From NCBI GenBank assembly GCA_002269645.1, contig NIVC01003957.1:1-64000 (forward strand): a DNA stretch of 64,000 nt. Direction: 5' to 3'. Each line of letters starts with the position of its first letter. Position 1 is the first letter of the stretch. Made by a program: the position numbers and the translations under genes. Source of the stretch: Macrostomum lignano (lineage: Eukaryota). Positions 48,373-61,644 of this stretch are shown in pieces. Under the pieces are notes generated by a model. It was not told where the DNA came from. It saw nothing but the letters and a program-made list of their open reading frames with translations, and ran no database searches.

Positions 48373-51300
48373 TTACAGCTTTTCAACCTTGCTGGACACA
48401 ACCACGGGGTTGGCCTTGCGGATCTCCTCCTGGCCGAGGCTCTGGTAGTCAAAGTCGCACTCGTGCTTGTCGCTGTAGCGATGGATGGCGCAGTAGACTC
48501 CGCCGCAGCGGCACTCGAAGCCTGGGGTGCGGGAGGAATGGGCCGGTGAGGTGAGTCACTGACTGTGTGCGGTGGGTCACTGGCTGTGTGCGGTGAGTCA
48601 CTGGCTGTGTGCGGTGAGTCACTGGCTGTGTGCGGTGAGTCACTGGCTGTGTGCGGTGGTCACTGGCTGTGTGCGGTGAGTCACTGGCTGTGTGCGGTGA
48701 GTCACTGACTGTGTGCGGTGGGTCACTGGCTGTGTGCGGTGGGTCACTGGCTGTGTGCGGTGAGTCACTGACTGTGTGCGGTGAGTCACTGGCTGTGTGC
48801 GGTGAGTCACTGGCTGTCTGCGGTGGTCAATGGCTGTGTGCGGTGAGTCACTGACTGTGTGCGGTGGGTCACTGCTCACTGGCTGTCTGCGGTGGGTCAC
48901 TGACTGAAGAGGCTGAATGAGGCAAAACAATGTGATATTTTCATTCTTACAAAACCAGCAGCCCGACACTTACCTGTCAAGCCGGTTTTCTTCTTGCACA
49001 CTCCGCAACGATTGCGCTGCTTCTGCCGCGGCTTGTCCTCGGCGACCGGCTTTGCGACCGACTCGGACTCTGCAATTTGGGGGGTTGGCGACCTGGATAG
49101 CTGCACACCTCCCCCCCCTCACCTGGGAGATCCGCTCCCTTCCTCAGATAGGCGATCCGCTCTCCCCCTCACCTGGGGAATCCGCTCTCTCCTTCACCTG
49201 GGGGATCCGCTCTCTCCCACACATAGGGGATCCGCTCCCCCTCTCACCTGGAGGATCCGCTCTCTCCTTTACCTGGAGGATCCGCTCTCTCCTTCACCTG
49301 GGGGATCCGCTCTCTCCCACACATAGGGGATCCGCTCCCTCTCTCACCTGGAGGATCCGCTCTCTCCTTCACCTGGGGGATCCGCTCTCCCTCACCTGGG
49401 GGATCCGCTCCCTCCCTCACCTGGGAGAGAGCATTCCATCAGTCTATCTCTAACATTCCATCAGTCTATCTATAACATCTATGAGTCATCTCTAACATCT
49501 ATGAGTCATCTCTAACATCTATGAGTCATCTCTAACATTGCATCAGTCTATCTATAACATCTTTGAGTCATCTCTAACATTCCATCAGTCTATCTATAAC
49601 ATCTATGAGTCATCTCTAAAATTCCAACAGTCTATCTATAACATTTATGAGTCATCTCTAACATTTCATCAGTCTATCTATAACATCTATGAGTCATCTC
49701 TAACATTTTATCAGTCTATCTATAACATCTATGAGTCATCTCTAAAATTGTATCAGTCATGTAGCACTCATATTATTATTATATCTAAATATACTAAATC
49801 TTATTATACTATTATTATTATTATTGTTATTAAATGGGTACCAGCATTAGCTGGGGTAATTGAGGGTGTGTGGCGACCCCCCAGTCCTTGGACTGAACAG
49901 CCGTACGCAGCCTTCAGATGCGCCGCGCAATAGCTGCGGCTGAGCTGTCGGTTGTACATCTGCCCATCAGAGCAGGTGTAATCAATTATTATTATTATTA
50001 ATATTATTATTATAATTATATTGCAATACTACTAAAGCCTTACCAGCGGCTTTTGAAGAGACGGCCTCAGCAACGGAGCGGGCGGTAGCGGCCTTCAGCT
50101 GCTCAACGGCGGACTCAGACGATGGAATGGAAGATTCTTCCAGCTGCTCAGCCTCCTTAGCCTTGGCGAGGATTGGCTCGCCAGTTGTCTCGACATCGTT
50201 TGCGGCAGTTGTAGCAGCGGCGGCCGGTTCCAGAAGTAGAGAGGCTGAATAGAAAGCAATAAATAAAATTCAAATGGGTCCAAATACAAAAACTTTTAGC
50301 AACTTTTCCCAGCTCAAACTGTAAGCAAACGGAATTGTACTTTTTCAAACAGAACTTGGCAACAATTGTGAAAAAAAATAAGAAACACCCGCTCTCCATC
50401 TCTCTTATGCGTTTAATCTGTGAACTTTGGCCAAGGATACTGATGCTAAAACACTGTATGGGTGTCCAGTTGCTAACGGCACAGCTTCTATCTATGGCCA
50501 AAACCGACAAATTTCTGAGGGTCGCATTGCAAAACCCGATAGCAACAAGTACTCGGTATGCCCAGGATGAAGTAGGGATAAAAAGGGGGAATAACTTTCT
50601 TAGAATTGCATTGTTAGCAAGTGACCTATTTAGTGCCTTTAATAAATTTGATTAAAAAAACTGGTATCAACGATCCGCATTGCTTGGATATTAAATGCTT
50701 GCTATTTTTACAGCATCTCAGCTGTTTAGCGCCCAGCAACTGCTGCGAATCAAGTTCGGTGCCAGTGCGTTTCCTGTCGGACAACTGGACAGGCCTGTCC
50801 GGCTGCTCGGACGGAGAAGCGGCGGCGGAGGCGGCACCGGACTCTGAACTCCCGAAAACAATGCAAAATTTGCTTGCTTGTTGAAAATTTCTGTCAGAAA
50901 TCAGGCATTTAAATACTTGACACCAGGTTTGTGTGAGCAGATTAGCGTCCAGTTGCAGCCTGTCTGCTCTCGACAGGATCATTGTGAGCACTCCATCCGT
51001 GTATCTCATATTGTACATGTTTCTGTCACTCTACCTATGTATCTGTCACACAGCTCTCACACTACCCATACATCTGTCACTAGCCATGCATTTGCCACTC
51101 TACCAATGCATCTGTCACTCTACCTATGCATCTGTCACTCTACCAATGCATCTGTCACTCTATTCATGCATCTGTCACTCTATTCATGCATCTGTCACTC
51201 TACCTATGCATCTGTCACTCTACCAATGCATCTGTCACTCTACCAATGCATCTGTCACTCTATCCGTGCATCTGTCACTCTATCCATGCATCTGTCACTC

Positions 51301-51963
51301 TATCCGTGCATCTGTCACTCTATCCATGCATCTGTCACTCTACCAATGCATCTGTCACTCTACCAATGCATCTGTCACTCTACCAATGCATCTGTCACTC
51401 TACCCGTGCATCTGTCACTCTACCAATACATCTGTCACTCTAACAATGCATCTGTCACTCTACCAATGCATCCGTCACTCTACCAATGCATCTGTCACTC
51501 TACCAATGCATCTGTCACTCTACCCGTGCATCTGTCACTCTACCAATACATCTGTCACTCTAACAATGCATCTGTCACTCTACCAATGCATCTGTCACTC
51601 TACCAATGCATCTGTCACTCTACCCGTGCATCTGTCACTCTACCCGTGCATCTGTCACTCTATCCATGCTCCGACTTACAACCCGACAATTTGCCCATGA
51701 AGTTGCGATATTGATAAATAAAGTTGCAGAAGTCAGTAAAAGTTCCCAGCCATACCTGATGAAGCACTCAGGACGGCTGCAGCAGCCACGGCGGCAGTTA
51801 CAGGCTTTTGAATTTTTTCATTGTCCTGCTTTTGCTTCTCTTTTTGATGCTCCTTGTAGCAGACGCTGCACATTCCGTCAAACTGGGTCAGGCCATAGAA
51901 GCCACAGCCGATCTTGCACAGATTGGCCGCTATAGTTGACTCCTGGTCTTCATTGCCAGACAT
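48373..51963 (-). CDS. ZFAND6: A20/AN1 zinc-finger protein (ZFAND5/ZFAND6-like)
   Basis: A20 finger [19 protein letters not shown] (exon 51963-51756); linker exons 50843-50712 and 50244-50044 (a small exon 49959-49907 is uncertain); AN1 finger [14 protein letters not shown]|[33 protein letters not shown] in exons 49100-48974 and 48521-48373. Assignment to paralog 5 or 6 is not resolvable. Confidence 0.88.
48553..48902. repeat. Intronic minisatellite, 21-bp unit (gtcactggctgtgtgcggtga)
   Basis: Tandem copies in the last ZFAND intron. Confidence 0.95.
49118..49760. repeat. Two adjacent intronic degenerate tandem repeats (ggatccgctctc..cacctgg; catcagtctatctataacatctatgagtcatctctaa)
   Basis: Visible tandem blocks at ~49118-49430 and ~49435-49760. 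Confidence 0.85.
51020..51670. repeat. Intronic minisatellite, 20-bp unit (tgcatctgtcactctaccaa)
   Basis: About 30 tandem copies. Confidence 0.95.
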
Positions 51964-53336
51964 TGTTAATGAGGCCAACTGTGCTGCAGTATAAATTAGC
52001 AAAAAATCATCATTCAGTATTTTTAGCTTTGATTGCTTTATATATACAGAATATAAAAACTATTAAAACTATAGAAGACACATTCTTTTCTTTATTGTGA
52101 GACAAATGTAAACTTTTGAGTTATAAATTTTGATACTTTTATATAACTATTTCTTGCTTAAAAATCTATAATTCTATGCATTATGAGGCTTATTATTTTA
52201 AATAAACTATACTATAATAAAACAGAATTAGTATTTAATAGGATAGTAAGTCAAAAGGACTTCCATTTTCTTAGGCAAAGCTAACTAACCATCATAGGTA
52301 TTCAACAAGAGATAATGGCCAATAGCTGAAAGGTCATAAGGGGGGTTCTAAAATGTGATAACTTAATGCTTATAATGATTGCCAGGATGTCAAGGCTTAT
52401 AAAGAAATTGCTAAAAGGTTATAGCTCTTCTAAAAGGAATTCTCTAAGATTCTAAGGCTCATGGAGAGAGTTGCTACAATTTCATGGCTTATAAGGGGGG
52501 GGGGGTAAAAACAATTCTATGATTTTATAGGGGGCTCCTGTGGGAATTGCTGAAGTATAAATCAAGATCTAATATATTAGGCTAGATAGTTGGCTATTAG
52601 GATAGATAATATTTTGCTTTGAATATCCTTTTTTAAAGAAATTAACTATAGTGAATAAAGGTCAAAATCTATATTTAGTTAGTTGTCTCCTAAATTAGGG
52701 GTGCAAATAGCTAATGTGAAGTATACAAGCTTTATATATTGAAATTATAACTATAGTATTTAATATTAGGCACAATTTTGCATTTCTATTTTGTTATCTT
52801 ATATTATACAGCACTTACTCTTGTCTTACTTTTCTTAACTCTTAAGACCCAATCTTGAATTTTAGGAAATTATAAAAAGTTGACTTCCAATTTATCTATT
52901 AAGATGAGGACTGAGATTATAATTAGACTAACTAATATTGCTGTAGGCTTATAGAATCAAACAAAGAATTATATTATGAGTCAAACATTTATCATTGGCA
53001 TTAAACTAATTTGTTTATATATTTTAGTATTATAGTTTTTAATTATAGATTTAGAATTAAATATTTTAATAATAGTTTATAATTTCTATAAAATAGACTC
53101 TATAATCTATAAAATAGGGTTATTATAGTATAAGCCTAGTATAAGCCTAGTATATATGACTGTTGCAAAATCTAGGCCTAGCCCTAAGGCTGATATTAGC
53201 AAAATACAAGTGTTATTAGGTGATAGCCAATAGAACAAAAAATCATAAATGTCTTATTCCAACTGCCTATTCCAGATATTATCATTTTTAATGTAACTTA
53301 TAAGTCTAAAGTACTATACAATAAAATGTATTAATT

Positions 53337-53922
53337 TAGGATGGGTGTCCCAAAAGTTATCAGAATCATTGCTTTAGCTCCCCAGTACCTTGACCAACTT
53401 TTATGTTTTATATGTCAAACTAAAGATATTTCTTCAATGAAAAAATTGTCATTTGAATTTCCTTTCTATCTTGTTTTGGTTTTGGATTAGGCTATTAGGT
53501 ATGGAGAAATGGAGAAAATTTTTCTATGGAGAAAACTCATCTAGAAACTTTAGCCGAAAGCAAGCACTTGGTATGGTTGTATAGAATAAGCAGGTGTTAG
53601 CACCATTATATCTAATTAGCAATTTTACTGGTTTCATCCATAGACATTTCCACATCTTTCTGACAAATTCAAACTTGAATTTTGCAAAAAATGATAATAG
53701 AAAAATGACATCACAGACATTCAAGGTTGTGTAACACTAGTTGCTAACCTTCCTTTATATTTCCTGGTATAATTCAAAACAGAAACAAGATAGAAAGGAA
53801 ATTCAAATGACAATTTTTTTCATTGAAAAAATTATTTCTAGTTTGACACAAAACATAAAAATTGGTCAAGGTACTGAGGAGCTAGAGCAAAGATTCTAAG
53901 AACTTTTGGGACACCTCTTGTA
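53337..53922. mobile_element. Tc1/mariner-like MITE with ~150-bp inverted ends
   Basis: gggtgtcccaaaagtt..tagctccccagtaccttgacca..tttcctttctatcttgtt is mirrored by aacaagatagaaaggaaa..ggtcaaggtactgaggagcta..aacttttgggacacctcttgTA. Confidence 0.75.
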
Positions 53923-54879
53923 TATTGATTAACTATGTATATCATGTCTATATCTTGAAACATTTAAAAAAAAACAATGTGTTAAAGAAACCAAAAGCAA
54001 AACAAAATAGCAAAGCCAAAAGTAGGCCTAGCAGTAATTGTTTAAATAGGCCTAGGCCCTAAGTCAATATGGTATTCCTTCAATTTATGATTATTTTGTC
54101 ACTTATATTTTGGTTCATAACCCTATATCATTTTCTATTTTAGTGATCACGGCTTGTTCAAAAGAAGCAATTTTTTAACTAGGCTTGTTCATTTTACTAG
54201 AAAACTAAATGAATTAGCCATTTCCCATGGCATGGCATTTACAAAGATCTTATATATATGCACTATGGTTTATGATCATTCAAATAGTAGAAATATATAA
54301 ATGTTTATGAACCAAAGATCCTAAACCAACTAAGATAACTGTCATATAACAATTGTCAACATAGTTATACTTTGCTATATTCAGTTGTTTTAGAGTTCAT
54401 AAGCAGCTATATAAAAATATAGAACTAGAAGTTTGACACAAATTGCTTTTTGTAGCTTTATTCTATTGATTATGGTTCAAAAGTCACAAGTGCTTAAATT
54501 TCAAAAACATGATAAATAGGACCTTACTGTGGAATAACCCAAATGATTATAAACCAAAAACAAAGTGGATATATAGGATTGTCTTCATTGAACAGTTCTA
54601 GAATATGAAATGATATAGGCCTAATAAAAAACTTTTACTTTCAGTTCACCAAACTGATTTTATTGGATCCTTTTTATCAAATAGTTATATCTATATAAAC
54701 ATCTCTATATTATATTATTCTGGTTAGCATTGCCATTTGATTGTTTGATAACAAAAATAAAAAGGATTTAAATGATTTAAGATTAGGGGCCTATTAGTTT
54801 GAAATGATTAAAACTACTTCTTTGTTATCTTTCTTATGAGGATCTTTACCAATTTTAGGGACTATAAGTATAAAACCAA

Positions 54880-54962
54880 AGGAATGGCATCAATGCTATC
54901 TAGACTAGAACAATGAGAGCAGCTCTCATTGTTCTAGTCTAGATAGCATTGATGCCATTCCT
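54880..54962. repeat. Perfect inverted repeat, 41-bp arms with a 1-nt spacer
   Basis: aggaatggcatcaatgctatctagactagaacaatgagagc-A-gctctcattgttctagtctagatagcattgatgccattcct. Confidence 0.97.
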
Positions 54963-55113
54963 AGCTAGTTCTTATAAATTTATTTGAACTTTGAAATTCT
55001 ATCTATTATTTAACTTCATAAGATCATAAGACTAAATAGGCCTATTATTATTATATAAATACTATATTGCCTTGGCATAATAAAGGCAACATGGTAGCAT
55101 ACACTATCTATAT

Positions 55114-55668
55114 ACCTGGATGGAATTCTTGCAGAAAAATCATAATGCGTTATGCGATTGCGCGAAAAAAATTCAATTTTGCATCAAAAATCCAGAAAAA
55201 ATGTGACACAAAATTTTAGACAAAATTGCTAATTCTTAATATATGCAAAAGTGCGCTTGAGATATTGGATTTTGCAAAAGATAATCCTACTAGCTAAGAT
55301 CACAAAGAAAAAAATAAAAAGTAAAAACTAAATAAGGCACAAAAGTAAAATTTCGAAAAAATTCTCAAAAAGTAGAAACTCATAACATTCTCTAACATAC
55401 ATATTTGGATGGAAAAATTGAAGTCACTACATTTTCTTAGAATGCATTTTTCGTTATTGTCTTATTGATTACTTTATTTATTATTCATTGACCATTGATG
55501 AAGCTTTTATAGGTTCAGGCAGTAGCTAAGCCATTAAAAAACTTGTTTTTACCATTTTGTGACGTGCTAAGTACCAAAAAAATTGCAACCAATAAAAAAT
55601 ATTTTGCGTGCCATAAAAAAATTGCATAATTCTGTTTGACTTAAGAAATACAAGAATTCCATCCTGGT
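55114..55668. mobile_element. Putative MITE with ~18-bp TIRs flanked by TA runs
   Basis: acctggatggaattcttg ... caagaattccatcctggt, with tatata on both sides. Confidence 0.55.
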
Positions 55669-57937
55669 CTATATATAATAGTAGTAGGCCTATGATTTAT
55701 GAAAGTTTGAGTTATAACTTATATTATTAGGCCTAAAGGCCTACTGCCAACACTCAATAGATTTTTAATTGACTTTATCAATTAATTAACTACACAGTAT
55801 TAGCAATGTGATTTAATTGAGGACTAGGGCCTAGCCCCACAGTAAGTACTAGATCTAGACCTAGGCAAGGGCCTATATCATTAATGTAGGCCTAGGGCCT
55901 AGGCCTATGCTCTATTATTATTGAAATTCTACCCTCGCCCTAATGTTGTTAGGCTAACAACATTAAGCTACATTAAGCTAATGTTGTTAATGCTGTTAAG
56001 CATTAAGCTAAGGCCTAATGTTGAAGGAATTTTATTAATAAGCCCTCCACTAAAAAGATACATCATTCACAGAAGTGAACTGAATTAATGCATGACCACA
56101 AACTACGAGTGTAAGTATAGCCATGCAAAATTATGACATGGGAGTTGAGCTATAAAACAACAAGCAGACAAGCAGCTGATACATCTGGCGCCACTTATAC
56201 TATAGGGGCCTAAGTTGTATTGTAGGGCCTAGTGTAAGGCCAAAATGTGACAAGAAAAAAAATTTAAAGAATTAAATAAGAAACATAGTTATATAGAATA
56301 ATATATATAGACTATATATACTGTGCTTATAAATCCAGACATAGAAATGAGAGCTTATGATTGTCTTCTCTGGTTGTCATGCTCAAGATGGAGCAAAACA
56401 AAGACGGATGTGTGCACAACTAAACACTCCGTAAACCGGTACTGCGTTACAAAAATTAAGGTGGAAAAACAAAAAAAACACTGTATCACAAAGTTTAATT
56501 AAAAAACTGCTAAAAGTAACATTTTTAATTTTAAAAACAAAGAGTTCTAAGATTATTATTTGTTTGGCATTTAATAAGTGCTTTCTATAATGAACTCTTT
56601 TTTGTCCTTTGGTTTAAATTTTGCTGAATATTAGGTCCAATTTAAGTACCATGACAACAAGAGCCAAGGCTCCTGGGATATAGGCTTGACGTTCGTTCTC
56701 AGAAGGTCGGATCAGATAATTTCTTTGGGTCGTAAAAACTACAATACAACATACAATATGCTATAATACAATGATTATATGCAGATCTCAATTTTATGAT
56801 TCATACCATGACACTTGACGTACACTGTAAATGTACATACAGTATTCATGGACACTGATAAGCAAATTCTTAATTGAAAAAATACAAAATTGATGACAGC
56901 GACAGGCAATTTGCAATGGCAACTGTTTACATGCCCTTTGAACAACAGTCAGCCCACCCAGTCCCAGATCGGACACATTCCAATGCAAAAACGTAGATTT
57001 CATTTCTACATGTACGAGAATAATACAATTATGTGACCCTTTTGTTTGTAGTGCAATAAATGCGAGTTAATCAAGTATTTTTTAAATAACAAATAATATT
57101 GGTTAATTGAGCCAGAATCTCGAGTTTATTGACGCATGAGGAAAAATCAATTCCGCGCACAACAGATTTACCGCGGCAAAACGGCCTAAAAGAACAGCAT
57201 TAATTGAAGTACAATAAAGTCAATTAAAAATTTACGCTACATTTGACCTGTAGCATTATTGCACTGGCGACCTAAGGCCTAGTTGCATGATCGAATCAAT
57301 ATGCTGGTCCATACAGAGCATATCCGTAATCACCGAATCTCCAGGGCCTGCGAGGCTGGAGCCCTGGATTTACTGCTGACGCCAGGCCGCGCCCTGCCCA
57401 ACAGGTGTAGTAGCAGAGGAAATTTGATTCAAAGCGGAGTTATAGAGATGCCAAAGCCCAATCTAATCAATCGCAAAGTCTGCTTGCCTTTCGGCAATAC
57501 TGAAATAAGAGCCAAGCAGTTTCTTCTGATTGCTTTCGAAGAAATATCCTATTACCGCGAATCGATCCTCTGTTTTTATCACTATTTTACCACAGGAATT
57601 ATTTAACTGAAGTAAAATGTTGATTGAAATAAAAAATACGAACGTTTTTTCAGGTTTGGATTATGTATAATTTATGCCTGACTTTCATAAGTACGTCACC
57701 ACAAACTACGCCTCTGGCTAGATGAGTCTCTGGTCCAAACCTCAAAAATGCTTGCAGATCCCCGCCCGGGGGAGCATTTGGTCCGACAGAACAGCTGACG
57801 GCTTCAGTGCAAGTCTCTCTAGCTGGTTCATACGCCATCAAACGTCCGCAACAGACAGAAACAACACAAAAATGACATTCCAGAGGCAGTGAACAGTCTG
57901 TGATTTGAAATCTAACTAACAAAAGAGCACCTCAATT

Positions 57938-58225
57938 ATGGAAAATTTCGCTGAAAGCAACGCGGCGTCTACAACACCGTCGGCGACTCCCCGCTCGGCT
58001 TCACGCCCAGCGGAGACGGCGACAGCATCGGCTGTGGCAAACTCAGCGTCGAACTCCGGACTGAAGTTTGGCCAGGCTCTGATCCTGCCAGACGGCCAGC
58101 TGGTCCTGGTGAGCACGAGCAGCCAAAGCCTCCAGCATCAGCAGCCGGCTCGAACCGTCCTCAGCCACAGGTTTGTCAGCCAACAGACAATTTTAAGCTC
58201 TGCTGTGCAGCAGCAGCAACAGCAG

Positions 58226-58257
<32 letters not shown>

Positions 58258-58286
58258 GCAGCAGCAGCAAGTCCGGCAGCAGATTA

Positions 58287-58317
<31 letters not shown>

Positions 58318-59275
58318 CTACATCCTTCATCCAATTCGTCAACAGCCGGTTGTGTGCGCTCAGCCCGTGTACTATCTTCAGTGCCTGCCTGCCAGGCATC
58401 ACGTTGCCTCGGTGCACCAGCCACAAGTGATTCCAGCGCCAGTTCGCCGGGCCCAACAGTTTGGCACAAGTGTGCAAATTGTGAAGCAGCAGCAACAAAA
58501 TCATATTCGATGCCAGCAGCAGTTCAAACCAGCCGTCGCCGCTGTCATTCGAGCACCGTCGACTCCACCGCCTTCATCGTCTTTGTCTTCTTCTTCCTCG
58601 TCTCTGTCGTCGTCGTCGTCCTCGTGCTCCTCGGCATCATCGGCCGCGCCCAACAAAACTCTTCGCGTGATGCCGAGGATCGCCGCCGACTCGCCGGCCC
58701 AGCTTCAGCAGCAGGCCATTGAAAACCAGCGGCAGCAGCAGCAGGCCTGGTCCACCTGCGCGCTGCCCATTTCGGTGGCGAAGCCTTCCTTCATCGGCAC
58801 CAGGCTGGAGCATCATCAAGGAGCCGGCAGTCTCGACAGGCGCCAGCGGCATCGGGAGGAGGCCCCGCTGATGAAGCCGCAGCACCAGCAGCGTCGGGCC
58901 TGCGGCTGGGAGGAGGCGACGCGGCTCTTCTACGAACGGCTCTGGCAGCGAATGCGGAGCCGCGACTCCTGCGAGGTGCTGGCCAGACGGCATCACAAGC
59001 TTGGCGGCGCTGCCGCAGCCGCTGCCGCTGCTGCCGCTGCCGCTGCTGCCGCCGCCGCCGCCGCCGCTGCCGCCGCACCGACTCCAAGCGATGCTTCAAA
59101 AGATGACAACGCCTCGAGCGGCTCCGCGAGCGGCGTAGGCGGCAGCCACACCTTCGCGATCCCCATCAACGCCAAGCTGTTTGAGAAGGCCTGCACGATT
59201 CCTTTGCCACCAAAGGACGCCGTGTACTTGTGGCCGCTGACAAAATCGGCTACCGCTGTTGAGACGCCAAGATGA
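57938..59275 (+). CDS. Uncharacterized low-complexity protein (polyQ, polyS, polyA), single-exon ORF of 445 aa
   Basis: ATG-initiated 1338-nt ORF, GC-rich like the other exons against an AT-rich background; mixed CAG/CAA and GCC/GCT tracts keep the frame; no domain recognised. Confidence 0.7.
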
Positions 59276-60439
59276 TGCCACTTGGACAGGTGGGTCGTCA
59301 ATATTCAAAAGTGCATTGCATCGATAATCTCTTGTGTATTTAATCTCGATGTGTTTGAGAACTGTGAACTCGTTTCCAACTGTGATTACCCACTGCTCAC
59401 GCCTATGCACGTATCTCGCATTTTTATTTTATATTGGGTTCATTAAATTTGTGTTTTGTGGTCAGCTTCAACCGCTATATGAGTATAGAAACTGATGCTA
59501 TTAAGTCTTAAAACGTTTTAAACAGAAAAATTTCAACAATATTCAAATTTAAAATCAAAACGCGCGACAACTTTTTTGAAAGGGAAAATGAAAACCTGAC
59601 AAAAGTTAAGATCAATAAAAAACCCGCTGACCAAAGAACCAAATTTATTAGTTTGCAGAATCTGGAGAGCTGGAAGGACAGTTACAGCTTATGCTAATTA
59701 ATTTTTGCTTACCTGGATTAATCTCAAATACTTTTCCTGACCTCAGCAATGGCTGTGCGCTAAACTAAACTATAGTACAACTCTGATTGCCGCCATGGAC
59801 CTAGAAACCCAGTATTTTATAGGGCTAGATAAACTGTCCCCAAGTCTTACAAACCGAGTTTCTGTGTCGCGTTAATTCATTCCCAGTTGAATATTTGTAA
59901 AGGCGAAACGCGTTCGGAGGGAAAAAGTGTTGGCGAAAATGCCGAGTTCTCCTCCGCGGATTTCCGAACTGATTGATTTATGTAATGCAGCAGGTAATTT
60001 CTGTTGTCTCCAGGCTGCAAAGTTGTCATAAAGCATACAAATATTTTCGTTTTTAATAACTATTGGCTTTTGTTGACAAACATGAGCGCTCAATATCGCC
60101 CCCGCCCCCAGTGTGTAATTCAGTTTTGAGGTCTTTGTCGCGAGTTCTTCCCTGCCAAAGAGAATTATATGGAATTCGAACTTAATTTTCTTTGCGCTGA
60201 AAATGTCTTTCTTAAACTGCCAAGCTGTCCCCAATTCTGTTTGCTGCCTTCTCCCATTGGGAGCAGAAATATAAAAACCTGCTCCTCTCCTCAGTCTGCG
60301 AATCCTAGATCCCAAAATGGGATTGTTTCAGGTTTGAAACAGAAATTTAACAAATGGAAATGTCAGTAAGTTGATGATCAAGTATCTGCCTTGCGGTCTT
60401 CTTAATTCATAACGCTTGAAAAGAAGTCATTGGCCACAG

Positions 60440-60658
60440 CACAGTGTCTCAGTGTCTCAGTGTCCCAGTGTCTCAGTGTCTCAGTGTCTCAGTGTCTTAG
60501 TGTCCCAGTGTCTCAGTGTCTCAGTGTCTCAGTGTCTCAGTGTCTCAGTGTCTCAGTGTCTCAGTGTCTCAGTGTCTCAGTGTCTCAGTGTCTCAGTGTC
60601 TCAGTGTCTCAGTGTCTCAGTGTCTCAGTGTCTGTTTCTGTGTCTGTGTCTCAGTGTC

Positions 60659-60695
<37 letters not shown>

Positions 60696-60696
60696 G

Positions 60697-60743
<47 letters not shown>

Positions 60744-60772
60744 GTGTCTGTCTGTCTGTCTGTCTGTCTGTG

Positions 60773-60815
<43 letters not shown>

Positions 60816-60824
60816 GTGTCTGTG

Positions 60825-60912
<88 letters not shown>
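60440..60912. repeat. (TCTCAGTG)n followed by a (TCTG)n microsatellite
   Basis: Directly visible. Confidence 0.95.
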
Positions 60913-61644
60913 AGCCCAGCAGCAGGCCAGATGGGATACCCCAATGTTTATCTCCACCAGCGGCGGCCGAGATGGCGGCGGTCCGATAGCGGCGGGGCTC
61001 CGCGGCATCTAATAAAAACGCCCGATACCCCAGGCCGCTTCTTCCCGGCCCCCGCCAGCCCGCTGAGGCATTCCTGTCTGCCCAGCCGATGGGATCTTCT
61101 GCCACTCGGGATGTTTTGAGTGCCAAACCCCATGTAGCTTCATAATTTGTTATCCGCCGTGAATTCGCCCAGAAACTGCTGCAGTTATTTTTACAGCATT
61201 CGACGGTGGAAGGCGCGCAGCAGTGAAACGGCAGTTTATGCATGTATAATTGAAATCTTTGGCAGAGCAAACTGCCAATGCAGAATTTGGTGAGGGCGGG
61301 GGGCACCGTTTAAAAACGAGCGCAGAGAGTTATTTATTTGCACTGGGCATCGTAGCGACACTGTTACAGCAGAACCTGGCCGCTTTCGCCATCCGGATGC
61401 TTTTGCTGCAACTTTGGTTGCTGTGCAAAGAGGCAGGGGGGAGCTGCAGCTGCATCATTTGATACTCGTACAGGAGGGCAGTTGAATCGCAAAATTTTTG
61501 ATAAAAATTTTCATATTTAAAAATTTTGATGGCAGAAATATTAAGCAATGAATATATAGGCTTGTCAATTTACACAAAGTCAGTCCGTGTTCTGTTGGGC
61601 TTGGGGTGGCCTCTGACCATCGATCGTTCGCGCAAATGGAGCCA

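Noticed and set aside
49842-49906. Longer version of the small ZFAND linker exon ending at the donor at 49841
   Set aside because: It introduces an in-frame TAA; only the shorter 49959-49907 form or skipping keeps the frame.
60416-61119. VCLS/DRQT repeat ORFs
   Set aside because: They are translations of the (TCTG)n and (TCTCAGTG)n microsatellites.
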